From: Eledone cirrhosa
Lineage: Eukaryota
NCBI GenBank assembly: GCA_964016885.1
Contig: OZ024743.1
Coordinates: forward strand, 209,560,001 to 209,624,000
Length of the DNA: 64,000 nucleotides
Direction: 5' to 3'
Part shown: positions 1 through 13,683 of the stretch, one piece after another
Layout: each line of letters opens with the position of its first letter
Numbering within the stretch: position 1 is the stretch's first letter
The notes under the pieces: model-generated
What the model was told of the DNA's origin: nothing
The model's database searches: none
What the model saw: the letters and a program-made list of their open reading frames with translations, nothing else
Translations under genes and position numbers: made by a program

Positions 1-3000
1 AAGCTCTTCACTCCATAAGATATAGCACAGTTTACCATCCTATAGCCAGATGAATGCTCTTCACTCCATAAGATATACGACAGTTTACCATCCTATAGCC
101 ACACATGAAATCTCTTCACTCCATAAGATATACCTCAGTTTATCATCCTATAGCCACAGATGAAAGCTCTTCACTCCATAAGATATACCACAGTTTACCA
201 TCCTATAGCCACACATGAAAGCTTTTCACGCCATAAGATATACATCAGTTTACCATCCAATAGCCACAGATGAAAGCTCTTCACTCCATAAGATATACCA
301 CAGTTTACCATCCTATAGCCACACATGAGAGCTCTTTACTCCATAAGATATACCACAGTTTACCATCCTATAGCCACACATGAGAGCTCTTCACTCCATA
401 AGATATACCACAGTTTACCATGCTATGGCCACACATGAAAGCTCTTCACTCAATAAGATATACCACTGTTTACCATCCTATGGCCACACATGAAAGCTCT
501 TCACTCCATAAGATATACCACAGTTTACAATCCTATGGCCACACATGAAAGCTCTTCACTCCATAATATATTCCACAGTTTACCATCCTATAGCCACACA
601 TGAGAGCTCTTCACTCCATAAGATATACCACTGTTTACCATCCTATGGCCACACATGAAAGCTCTTCACTCCATAAGATATACCACTGTTTACCATCCTA
701 TGGCCACACATGAAAGCTTTTCACTCCATAAGATATACCACAGTTTACCATCCTATAGCCACACATGAAAGCTCTTCACTCCATAAGATATACCACTGTT
801 TACCATCCTATGGCCACACATGAAAGCTCTTCACTCCATAAGATATACCACAGTTTACCATCCTATAGCCACAGATGAAAGCTCTTCACTCCATAAGATA
901 TACCACAGTTTACCATCCAATAGCCAGATGAAAGCTCTTCACTCCATAAAATATACCACAGTTTACCATCCTATAGCCACAGATGAAAGCTCTTCACTCC
1001 ATAAGATATACCACAGTTTACCATCCAATAGCCAGATGAAAGCTCTTCACTCCATAAGATATACCATAGTTTACCACCCTATGGCCACAGATGAAAGCTC
1101 TTCACTCCATGAGATATACCACAGTTTACCATCCTATAGCCACGCCATGGATGAAAGCTCTTCACTCCATAAGATATACCACAGTTTACAATCCTATAGC
1201 CACAGATGAAAGCTCTTCACTCAATAAGATATACCACAGTTTACCATCCTATGGCCACAGATGAAAGCTCTTCACTCCATAAGATATACCACAGTTTACC
1301 ATCCTATAGTCACACATGAAAGCTCTTCACTCCATAAGATACACCACAGTTTACCATCCTATAGCCACAGATGAAAGCTCTTCACTCCATAAGATATACC
1401 ACAGTTTACCATCCTATAGCCACAGATGAAAGCTGTTCACTCCATAAGATATACCACAGTTTACCATCCTATAGCCACACATGAAAGCTCTTCACTCCAT
1501 AAGATATACCACAGTTTACCATCCTATAGCCACAGATGAAAGCTGTTCACTCCATAAGATATACGACAGTTTACCATCCTATGGCCACAGATGAAAGCTC
1601 TTCTCTCCATAAGATATACCACAGTTTACCACCCTATGGCCACAGATGAGAACTCTTCACTCCATAAGATATACCACAGTTTACCATCTTATAGCCACGC
1701 CACGGATGAAAGCTCTTCACTCCATAAGATATACCACAGTTTACCATCCTATAGTCACACATGAAAGCTCTTCACTCCATAAGATATAACACAGTTTACC
1801 ATCCTATAGCCAGATGAAAGTTCTTCACTCCATAAGATATACCACAGTTTACTATCCTATAGCCACAGATGAAAGCTCTTCACTCCATAAGATATACCAC
1901 AGTTTACCATCCTATAGCCACAGATGAAAGCTCTTCACTCCATAAGATATACCACAGTTTACCATCCTATAGCCACACATGAAAGCTCTTCACTCCATAA
2001 GATATACCACAGTTTACCATCCTATAGCCACACATGAAAGCTCTTCACCCCATAAAATATACCACAGTTTACCATCCTATAGCCATACATGAAAGCTCTT
2101 CACTCCATAAGATATACCACTGTTTACCATCCTATAGCCACACATGACAGCTCTTCACTCCATAAAATATACCACAGTTTACCATCCTATAGCCACACAT
2201 GTGAGCTCTTCACTCCATAAGATATACCACAGTTTACCATCATATAGCCACACATGAGAGCTCTTCACTCCATAAGATATACCACAGTTTACCATCCTAT
2301 AGCCACACATGAGAGCTCTTTACTCCATAAGATATACCACAGTTTACCATCCTATAGCCACACATGAGAGCGCTTCACTCCATAAGATATACCACAGTTT
2401 ACCATGCTATGGCCACACATGAATGCTCTTCACTCCATAAGATATACCACTGTTTACCATCCTATGGCCACACATGAAAGCTCTTCACTCCATAAGATAT
2501 ACCACTGTTTACCATCCTATGGCCACACATGAAGGCTTTTCACTCCATAAGATATACCACAGTTTACCATCCTATAGCCACACATGCAAGCTCTTCACTC
2601 CATAAGATATACCACTGTTTACCATCCTAGGGCCACACATGAAAGCTCTTCACTCCATAAGATATACCACAGTTTACCATCCTATAGCCACAGATGAAAG
2701 CTCTTCACTCCATAAGATATACCACAGTTTACCATCCTATAGCCAGATGAAAGCTCTTCACTCCATAAGATATACCACAGTTTACCACCCTATGGCCACA
2801 GATGAAAGCTCTTCACTCCATGAGATATACCACAGTTTACCATCCTATAGCCACGCCACGGATGAAAGCTCTTCACTCCATAAGATATACCACAGTTTAC
2901 AATCCTATAGACACAGATGAAAGCTCTTCACTCAATAAGATATACCACAGTTTACCATCCTATGGCCACAGATGAAAGCTCTTCACTCCATAAGATATAC

Positions 3001-3540
3001 CACAGTTTACCATCCTATGGCCACAGATGAAAGCTCTTCACTCCAGAAGATATACAACAGTTTACCACCCTATGGCCACAGATGAGAACTCTTCACTCCA
3101 TAAGATATACCACAGTTTACCATCTTATAGCCACGCCACGGATGAAAGCTCTTCACTCCATAAGATATACCACAGTTTACCATCCTATACTCACACATGA
3201 AAGCTCTTCACTCCATAAGATATAACACAGTTTACCATCCTATAGCCAGATGAAAGTTCTTCACTCCATAAGATATACCACAGTTTACTATCCTATAGCC
3301 ACAGATGAAAGCTCTTCACTCCATAAGATATACCACAGTTTACCATCCTATAGCCACAGATGAAAGCTCTTCACTCCATAAGATATACCACAGTTTACCA
3401 TCCTATAGCCACAGATGAAAGCTGTTCACTCCATAAGATATACCACAGTTTACCATCCTATAGCCACAGATGAAAGCTGTTCACTCCATAAGATATATGA
3501 CAGTTTACCATCCTATAGCCACAGATGAAAGCTGCTCACT

Positions 3541-6500
3541 CCATAAGATATACCACAGTTTACCATCCTATAGCCAGATGAAAGCTCTTCACTCCATAAG
3601 ATATACCACAGCTTACCATCCTATAGCCACAGATGAAAGCTGTTCACTCCATAAGATATACCACAGTTTACCATCCTATAGCCAGATGAAAGCTCTTCAC
3701 TCCATAAGATATACCACAGTTTACCATCCTATAGCCACAGATGAGAGCTCTTCACTCCATAAGATATACCACAGTTTACCATGCTATGGCCACACATGAA
3801 ATCTCTTCACTCCATAAGATATACCACTGTTTACCATCCTATGGCCACACATGAAAGCTCTTCACTCCATAAGATATACCACAGTTTACAATCCTATGGC
3901 CACACATGAAAGCTCTTCACTCCATAATATATTCCACAGTTTACCATCCTATAGCCACACATGAGAGCTCTTCACTCCATAAGATATACCACTGTTTACC
4001 ATCCTATGGCCACACATGAAAGCTCTTCACTCCATAAGATATACCACTGTTTACCATCCTATGGCCACACATGAAAGCTTTTCACTCCATAAGATATACC
4101 ACAGTTTACCATCCTATAGCCACACATGAAAGCTCTTCACTCCATAAGATATACCACTGTTTACCATCCTATGGCCACACATGAAAGCTCTTCACTCCAT
4201 AAGATATACCACTGTTTACCATCCTATGGCCACACATGAAAGCTCTTCACTCCATAAGATATACCACAGTTTACCATCCTATAGCCAGATGAAAGCTGTT
4301 CACTCCATAAGATATACCACAGTTTACCATCCTATAGCCACACATGAAAGCTCTTCACTCCATAAGATATACCACAGTTTACCATCCTATAGCCACAGAT
4401 GAAAGCTGTTCACTCCATAAGATATATGACAGTTTACCATCCTATAGCCACAGATGAAAGCTGCTCACTCCATAAGATATACCACAGTTTACCATCCTAT
4501 AGCCAGATGAAAGCTCTTCACTCCATAAGATATACCACAGCTTACCATCCTATAGCCACAGATGAAAGCTGTTCACTCCATAAGATATACCACAGTTTAC
4601 CATCCTATAGCCAGATGAAAGCTCTTCACTCCATAAGATATACCACAGTTTACCATCCTATAGCCACAGATGAAAGCTCTTCACTCCATAAAATATACCA
4701 CAGTTTACCATCCCAAAGCCACAGATGAAAGCTCTTCACTCCATAAGATATACCTCAGTTTACCATCCTATAGCCACACATGAGAGCTCTTCACTCCATA
4801 AGATATACCACAGTTTACCATCCTATAGCCACACATGAGAGCTCTTCACTCCATAAGATATACCACAGTTTACCATCCTATGGCCACAAATGAAAGCTCT
4901 TCACCCCATAAGATATACCACAGTTTACCATCATATATCCAGATGAAAGCTCTTCACTCTGTAAAATATACCACAGTTTACCATCCTGTATCCACACATG
5001 AGAGCTTTTCACTCCATAAGATATACCACAGTTTACCATCCTATAGCCACACATGAGAGCTCTTCACTCCATGAGATATACCACAGTTTACCATCCTATT
5101 GCCACACATGAAATCTCTTCACTCCATAAGATATAGCACAGTTTACCATCCTATAGGCACACATGAAAGCTCTTCACTCCATAAGATATAGGACAGTTTA
5201 CCATCCTATAGCCAGATGAATGCTCTTAACTCCATAAGATATACGACAGTTTACCATCCTATAGCCACACATGAAATCTCTTCACTCCATAAGATATACC
5301 TCAGTTTATCATCCTATAGCCACAGATGAAAGCTCTTCACTCCATAAGATATACCACAGTTTACCATCCTATAGCCACACATGAAAGCTCTTCACGCCAT
5401 AAGATATACCTCAGTTTACCATCCAATAGCCACAGATGAAAGCTCTTCACTCCATAAGATATACCACAGTTTACCATCCTATAGCCACACATGAGAGCTC
5501 TTCACACCATAAGATATACCACAGTTTACAATCCTATAGCCACACATGAGAGCTCTTCACTCCATAAGATATACCACAGTTTACCATCCTATAGCCACAC
5601 ATGAGAGCTCTTCACTCCATAAGATATACCACAGTTTACAATCCTATGGCCACACATGAAAGCTCTTCACTCCATAATATATTCCACAGTTTACCATCCT
5701 ATAGCCACACATGAGAGCCCTTCACTCCATAAGATATACCACTGTTTACCATCCTATGGCCACACATGAAAGCTCTTCACTCCATAAGATATACCACTGT
5801 TTACCATCCTATGGCCACACATGAAAGCTTTTCACTCCATAAGATATACCACAGTTTACCATCCTATAGCCACACGTGAAAGCTCTTCACTCCATAAGAT
5901 ATACCACTGTTTACCATCCTATGGCCACACATGAAAGCTCTTCACTCCATAAGATATACCACAGTTTACCATCCTATAGCCAGATGAAAGCTCTTCACTC
6001 CATAAAATATACCACAGTTTACCATCCTATAGCCACAGATGAAAGCTCTTCACTCCATAAGATATACCACAGTTTACCATCCTATAGCCAGATGAAAGCT
6101 CTTCACTCCATAAGATATACCATAGTTTACCACCCTATGGCCACAGATGAAAGCTCTTCACTCCATGAGATATACCACAGTTTACCATCCTATAGCCACG
6201 CCATGGATGAAAGCTCTTCACTCCATAAGATATACCACAGTTTACAATCCTATAGCCACAGATGAAAGCTCTTCACTCAATAAGATATACCACAGTTTAC
6301 CATCCTATGGCCACAGATGAAAGCTCTTCACTCCATAAGATATACCACAGTTTACCATCCTATAGTCACACATGAAAGCTCTTCACTCCATAAGATACAC
6401 CACAGTTTACCATCCTATAGCCACAGATGAAAGCTCTTCACTCCATAAGATATACCACAGTTTACCATCCTATAGCCACAGATGAAAGCTGTTCAATCCA

Positions 6501-9489
6501 TAAGATATACCACAGTTTACCATCCTATAGCCAGATGAAAGCTCTTCACTCCATAAGATATACCACAGCTTACCATCCTATAGCCACAGATGAAAGCTGT
6601 TCACTCCATAAGATATACCACAGTTTACCATCCTATAGCCAGATGAAAGCTCTTCACTCCATAAGATATACCACAGTTTACCATCCTATAGCCACAGATG
6701 AGAGCTCTTCACTCCATAAGATATACCACAGTTTACCATGCTATGGCCACACATGAAATCTCTTCACTCCATAAGATATACCACTGTTTACCATCCTATG
6801 GCCACACATGAAAGCTCTTCACTCCATAAGATATACCACAGTTTACAATCCTATGGCCACACATGAAAGCTCTTCACTCCATAATATATTCCACAGTTTA
6901 CCATCCTATAGCCACACATGAGAGCTCTTCACTCCATAAGATATACCACTGTTTACCATCCTATGGCCACACATGAAAGCTCTTCACTCCATAAGATATA
7001 CCACTGTTTACCATCCTATGGCCACACATGAAAGCTTTTCACTCCATAAGATATACCACAGTTTACCATCCTATAGCCACACATGAAAGCTCTTCACTCC
7101 ATAAGATATACCACTGTTTACCATCCTATGGCCACACATGAAAGCTCTTCACTCCATAAGATATACCACTGTTTACCATCCTATGGCCACACATGAAAGC
7201 TCTTCACTCCATAAGATATACCACAGTTTACCATCCTATAGCCAGATGAAAGCTGTTCACTCCATAAGATATACCACAGTTTACCATCCTATAGCCACAC
7301 ATGAAAGCTCTTCACTCCATAAGATATACCACAGTTTACCATCCTATAGCCACAGATGAAAGCTGTTCACTCCATAAGATATATGACAGTTTACCATCCT
7401 ATAGCCACAGATGAAAGCTGCTCACTCCATAAGATATACCACAGTTTACCATCCTATAGCCAGATGAAAGCTCTTCACTCCATAAGATATACCACAGCTT
7501 ACCATCCTATAGCCACAGATGAAAGCTGTTCACTCCATAAGATATACCACAGTTTACCATCCTATAGCCAGATGAAAGCTCTTCACTCCATAAGATATAC
7601 CACAGTTTACCATCCTATAGCCACAGATGAAAGCTCTTCACTCCATAAAATATACCACAGTTTACCATCCCAAAGCCACAGATGAAAGCTCTTCACTCCA
7701 TAAGATATACCTCAGTTTACCATCCTATAGCCACACATGAGAGCTCTTCACTCCATAAGATATACCACAGTTTACCATCCTATAGCCACACATGAGAGCT
7801 CTTCACTCCATAAGATATACCACAGTTTACCATCCTATGGCCACAAATGAAAGCTCTTCACCCCATAAGATATACCACAGTTTACCATCATATATCCAGA
7901 TGAAAGCTCTTCACTCTGTAAAATATACCACAGTTTACCATCCTGTATCCACACATGAGAGCTTTTCACTCCATAAGATATACCACAGTTTACCATCCTA
8001 TAGCCACACATGAGAGCTCTTCACTCCATGAGATATACCACAGTTTACCATCCTATTGCCACACATGAAATCTCTTCACTCCATAAGATATAGCACAGTT
8101 TACCATCCTATAGGCACACATGAAAGCTCTTCACTCCATAAGATATAGGACAGTTTACCATCCTATAGCCAGATGAATGCTCTTCACTCCATAAGATATA
8201 CGACAGTTTACCATCCTATAGCCACACATGAAATCTCTTCACTCCATAAGATATACCTCAGTTTATCATCCTATAGCCACAGATGAAAGCTCTTCACTCC
8301 ATAAGATATACCACAGTTTACCATCCTATAGCCACACATGAAAGCTCTTCACGCCATAAGATATACCTCAGTTTACCATCCAATAGCCACAGATGAAAGC
8401 TCTTCACTCCATAAGATATACCACAGTTTACCATCCTATAGCCACACATGAGAGCTCTTCACACCATAAGATATACCACAGTTTACAATCCTATAGCCAC
8501 ACATGAGAGCTCTTCACTCCATAAGATATACCACAGTTTACCATCCTATAGCCACACATGAGAGCTCTTCACTCCATAAGATATACCACAGTTTACAATC
8601 CTATGGCCACACATGAAAGCTCTTCACTCCATAATATATTCCACAGTTTACCATCCTATAGCCACACATGAGAGCCCTTCACTCCATAAGATATACCACT
8701 GTTTACCATCCTATGGCCACACATGAAAGCTCTTCACTCCATAAGATATACCACTGTTTACCATCCTATGGCCACACATGAAAGCTTTTCACTCCATAAG
8801 ATATACCACAGTTTACCATCCTATAGCCACACGTGAAAGCTCTTCACTCCATAAGATATACCACTGTTTACCATCCTATGGCCACACATGAAAGCTCTTC
8901 ACTCCATAAGATATACCACAGTTTACCATCCTATAGCCAGATGAAAGCTCTTCACTCCATAAAATATACCACAGTTTACCATCCTATAGCCACAGATGAA
9001 AGCTCTTCACTCCATAAGATATACCACAGTTTACCATCCTATAGCTAGATGAAAGCTCTTCACTCCATAAGATATACCATAGTTTACCACCCTATGGCCA
9101 CAGATGAAAGCTCTTCACTCCATGAGATATACCACAGTTTACCATCCTATAGCCACGCCATGGATGAAAGCTCTTCACTCCATAAGATATACCACAGTTT
9201 ACAATCCTATAGCCACAGATGAAAGCTCTTCACTCAATAAGATATACCACAGTTTACCATCCTATGGCCACAGATGAAAGCTCTTCACTCCATAAGATAT
9301 ACCACAGTTTACCATCCTATAGTCACACATGAAAGCTCTTCACTCCATAAGATACACCACAGTTTACCATCCTATAGCCACAGATGAAAGCTCTTCACTC
9401 CATAAGATATACCACAGTTTACCATCCTATAGCCACAGATGAAAGCTGTTCAATCCATAAGATATACCACAGTTTACCATCCTATAGCC
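3541..9489 (+). repeat. Tandem block duplication, period 2957 bp (54 monomers)
   Basis: Matching ORF translations at a constant 2957 offset (4181/7138, 4399/7356, 4835/7792, 5876/8833). Shared rare markers: CACGCCATGG at 6197/9154 and GTTCAATCC at 6491/9448. 54x55 + 5 - 9x2 = 2957 matches one 60-mer and nine 53-mers. Confidence 0.93.
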
Positions 9490-12400
9490 ACACATGAAAG
9501 CTCTTCACTCCATGAGATATACCACAGTTTACCATCCTATAGCCACAGATGAAAGCTGTTCACTCCATAAAATATACGACAGTTTACCATCCTATAGCCA
9601 CAGATGAAAGCTGTTCACTCCATAAGATATACCACAGTTTACCATCCCAAAGCCACAGATGAAAGCTCTTCACTCCATAAGATATACCTCAGTTTACCAT
9701 CCTATAGCCACACATGAGAGCTCTTCACTCCATAAGATATACCACAGTTTACCATCCTATAGCCACACATGAGAGCTCTTCACTCCATAAGATATACCAC
9801 AGTTTACCATCCTATGGCCACACATGAAAGCTCTTCACCCCATAAGATATACCACAGTTTACCATCCTATAGCCAGATGAAAGCTCTTCACTCCGTAAAA
9901 TATACCACAGTTTACCATCCTGTAGCCACACATGAGAGCTCTAATCTCCATAAGATATACCACAGTTTACCATCCTATAGCCACACATGAGAGCTCTTCA
10001 CTCCATAAGATATACCACAGTTTACCATCCTGTGGCCACACATGAAAGCTCTTCACTCCATAAGATATACCACTTTTTACCATCCTATAGCCACACATGA
10101 AAGCTCTTCACTCCATAAGATATACCACAGTTTACAATCCTATGGCCACACATGAAAGCTCTTCACTCCATAATATATTCCACAGTTTACCATCCTATAG
10201 CCACACATGAGAGCTCTTCACTCCATAAGATATACCACAGTTTACCATCCTATGGCCACACATGAAAGCTCTTCACTCCATAAGATATACCACAGTTTAC
10301 CATCCTATAGCCAGATAAAAGCTCTTCACTCCATAAGATATACCACAGTTTACCATCCTATAGCCACGCCACGGATGAATGCTCTTCACTCCATAAGATA
10401 TACCACAGTTTACCATCCTATAGACACACATGAAATCTCTTCACTCCATAAGATATACCTCAGTTTACCATCCTATAGCCACAGATGAAAGCTCTTCACT
10501 CCATAAGATATACCACAGTTTACCATCCTATAGCCACACATGAGAGCTCTTCACTCCATAAGATATACCACAGTTTACCATCCTATAGCCACACATGACA
10601 GCTCTTCACTCCATAAGATATACCACAGTTTACCATGCTATGGCCACACATGAAAGCTCTTCACTCCATAAGATATACCACTGTTTACCATCCTATAGCC
10701 ACACATGAAGCTCTTCACTCCATAAGATATACCACAGTTTACCATGCTATGGCCACACATGAAAGCTCTTCACTCCATAAGATATACCACTGTTTACCAT
10801 CCTATAGCCACACATGAAAGCTCTTCACTCCATAAGATATACCACAGTTTACCATCCTATAGCCAGATGAAAGCTCTTCACTCCATAAGATATACCACAG
10901 TTTACCATCCTATAGCCACGCCACGGATGAAAGCACTTCATTCCATAAGATATACCACAGTTTACAATCCTATAGCCACACATGAAAGCTCTTCACTCCA
11001 TAAGATATACCACAGTTTACTATCCTATAGCCACACATGAAAGCTCTTCACTCCATAAGATATACCACAGTTTACCATCCTATAGCCACGCCACGGATGA
11101 AAGCTCTTCACTCCATGAGATATACCACAGTATACCATCTTATAGCCACACATGAAATCTCTTCACTCCATAAGATATACCTCAGTTTATCATCCTATAG
11201 CCACAGATGAAAGCTCTTCACTCCATAAGATATACCACAGTTTACCATCCTATAGCCACACATGAAAGCTCTTCACGCCATAAGATATACCTCAGTTTAC
11301 CATCCTATAGCCACAGATGAAAGCTTTTCACTCCATAAGATATACCACAGTTTACCATCCTATAGCCACACATGAGAGCTCTTCACACCATAAGATATAC
11401 CACAGTTTACCATCCTATAGCCAGATGAAAGCTCTTCACTCCATAAAATATACCACAGTTTACCATCCTATAGCCACACATGAAAGCTCTTCACTCCATA
11501 AGATATACCACAGTTTACCATCCTATAGCCACACATGAGAGCTCTTCACTCCATAAGATATACCACAGTTTACCATCCTATAGCCACACATGAAAGCTCT
11601 TCACTCCATAAGATATACCACAGTTTACCATCCTATAGCCACACATGAAAGCTCTTCACTCCATAAAATATACCACAGTTTACCATCCTATAGCCATACA
11701 TGAAAGCTCTTCACTCCATAAGATATACCACTGTTTACCATCCTATAGCCACACATGACAGCTCTTCACTCCATAAAATATACCACAGTTTACCATCCTA
11801 TAGCCACACATGAGAGCTCTTCACTCCATAAGATATACCACAGTTTACCATCATATAGCCACACATGAGAGCTCTTCACTCCATAAGATATACCACAGTT
11901 TACCATCCTATAGCCACACATGAGAGCTCTTTACTCCATAAGATATACCACAGTTTACCATCCTATAGCCACACATGAGAGCTCTTCACTCCATAAGATA
12001 TACCACAGTTTACCATGCTATGGCCACACATGAAAGCTCTTCACTCCATAAGATATACCACAGTTTACAATCCTATGGCCACACATGAAAGCTCTTCACT
12101 CCATAAGATATACCACAGTTTACAATCCTATGGCCACACATGAAAGCTCTTCACTCCATAATATATTCCACAGTTTACCATCCTATAGCCACACATGAGA
12201 GCTCTTCACTCCATAAGATATACCACTGTTTACCATCCTATGGCCACACATGAAAGCTCTTCACTCCATAATATATACCACTGTTTACCATCCTATGGCC
12301 ACACATGAAAGCTTTTCACTCCAAAAGATATACCACAGTTTACCATCCTATAGCCACACATGAAAGCTCTTCACTCCATAAGATATACCACTGTTTACCA

Positions 12401-13683
12401 TCCTATGGCCACACATGAAAGCTCTTCACTCCATAAGATATACCACAGTTTACCATCCTATAGCCAGATGAAAGCTCTTCACTCCATAAAATATACCCCA
12501 GTTTACCATCCTATAGCCACAGATGAAAGCTCTTCACTCCATAAGATATACCACAGTTTACCATCCTATAGCCAGATGAAAGCTCTTCACTCCATAAGAT
12601 ATACCACAGTTTACCACCCTATGGCCACAGATGAAAGCTCTTCACTCCATGAGATATACCACAGTTTACCCTCCTATAGCCACGCCACGGATGAAAGCTC
12701 TTCACTCCATAAGATATACCACAGTTTACAATCCTATAGCCACAGATGAAAGCTCTTCACTCAATAAGATATACCACAGTTTACCATCCTATGGCCACAG
12801 ATGAAAGCACTTCACTCCATAAGATATACCACAGTTTACCACCCTATGGCCACAGATGAGAACTCTTCACTCCATAAGATATACCACAGTTTACCATCTT
12901 ATAGCCACGCCACGGATGAAAGCTCTTCACTCCATAAGATATACCACAGTTTACCATCCTATAGTCACACATGAAAGCTCTTCACTCCATAAGATATAAC
13001 ACAGTTTACCATCCTATAGCCAGATGAAAGTTCTTCACTCCATAAGATATACCACAGTTTACTATCCTATAGCCACAGATGAAAGCTCTTAACTCCATAA
13101 GATATACCACAGTTTACCATCCTATAGTCACAGATGAAAGCTCTTCACTCCATAAGATATACCACAGTTTACCATCCTATAGCCACAGATGAAAGCTGTT
13201 CACTCCATAAGATATACCACAGTTTACCATCCTATAGCCACACATGAAAGCTCTTCACTCCATAAGATATACCACAGTTTACCATCCTATAGCCACAGAT
13301 GAAAGCTGTTCACTCCATAAGATATACGACAGTTTACCATCCTATAGCCACAGATGAAAGCTGTTCACTCCATAAGATATACCACAGTTTACCATCCTAT
13401 AGCCAGATGAAAGCTCTTCACTCCATAAGATATACCACAGCTTACCATCCTATAGCCACAGATGAAAGCTCTTCACTCCATAAGATATACCACAGTTTAC
13501 CATCCTATAGCCAGATGAAAGCTCTTCACTCCATAAGATATACCACAGTTTACCATCCTATAGCCACAGATGAAAGCTCTTCACTCCATAAAATATACCA
13601 CAGTTTACTATCCCAAAGCCACAGATGAAAGCTCTTCACTCCATGAGATATACCACAGTTTACCATCCTATAGCCACGCCACG

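Noticed and set aside
161-215. TATA-like elements (GATATAC, CTATAG) as promoters
   Set aside because: They do not match TATAWAW, occur in every monomer and have no downstream gene.
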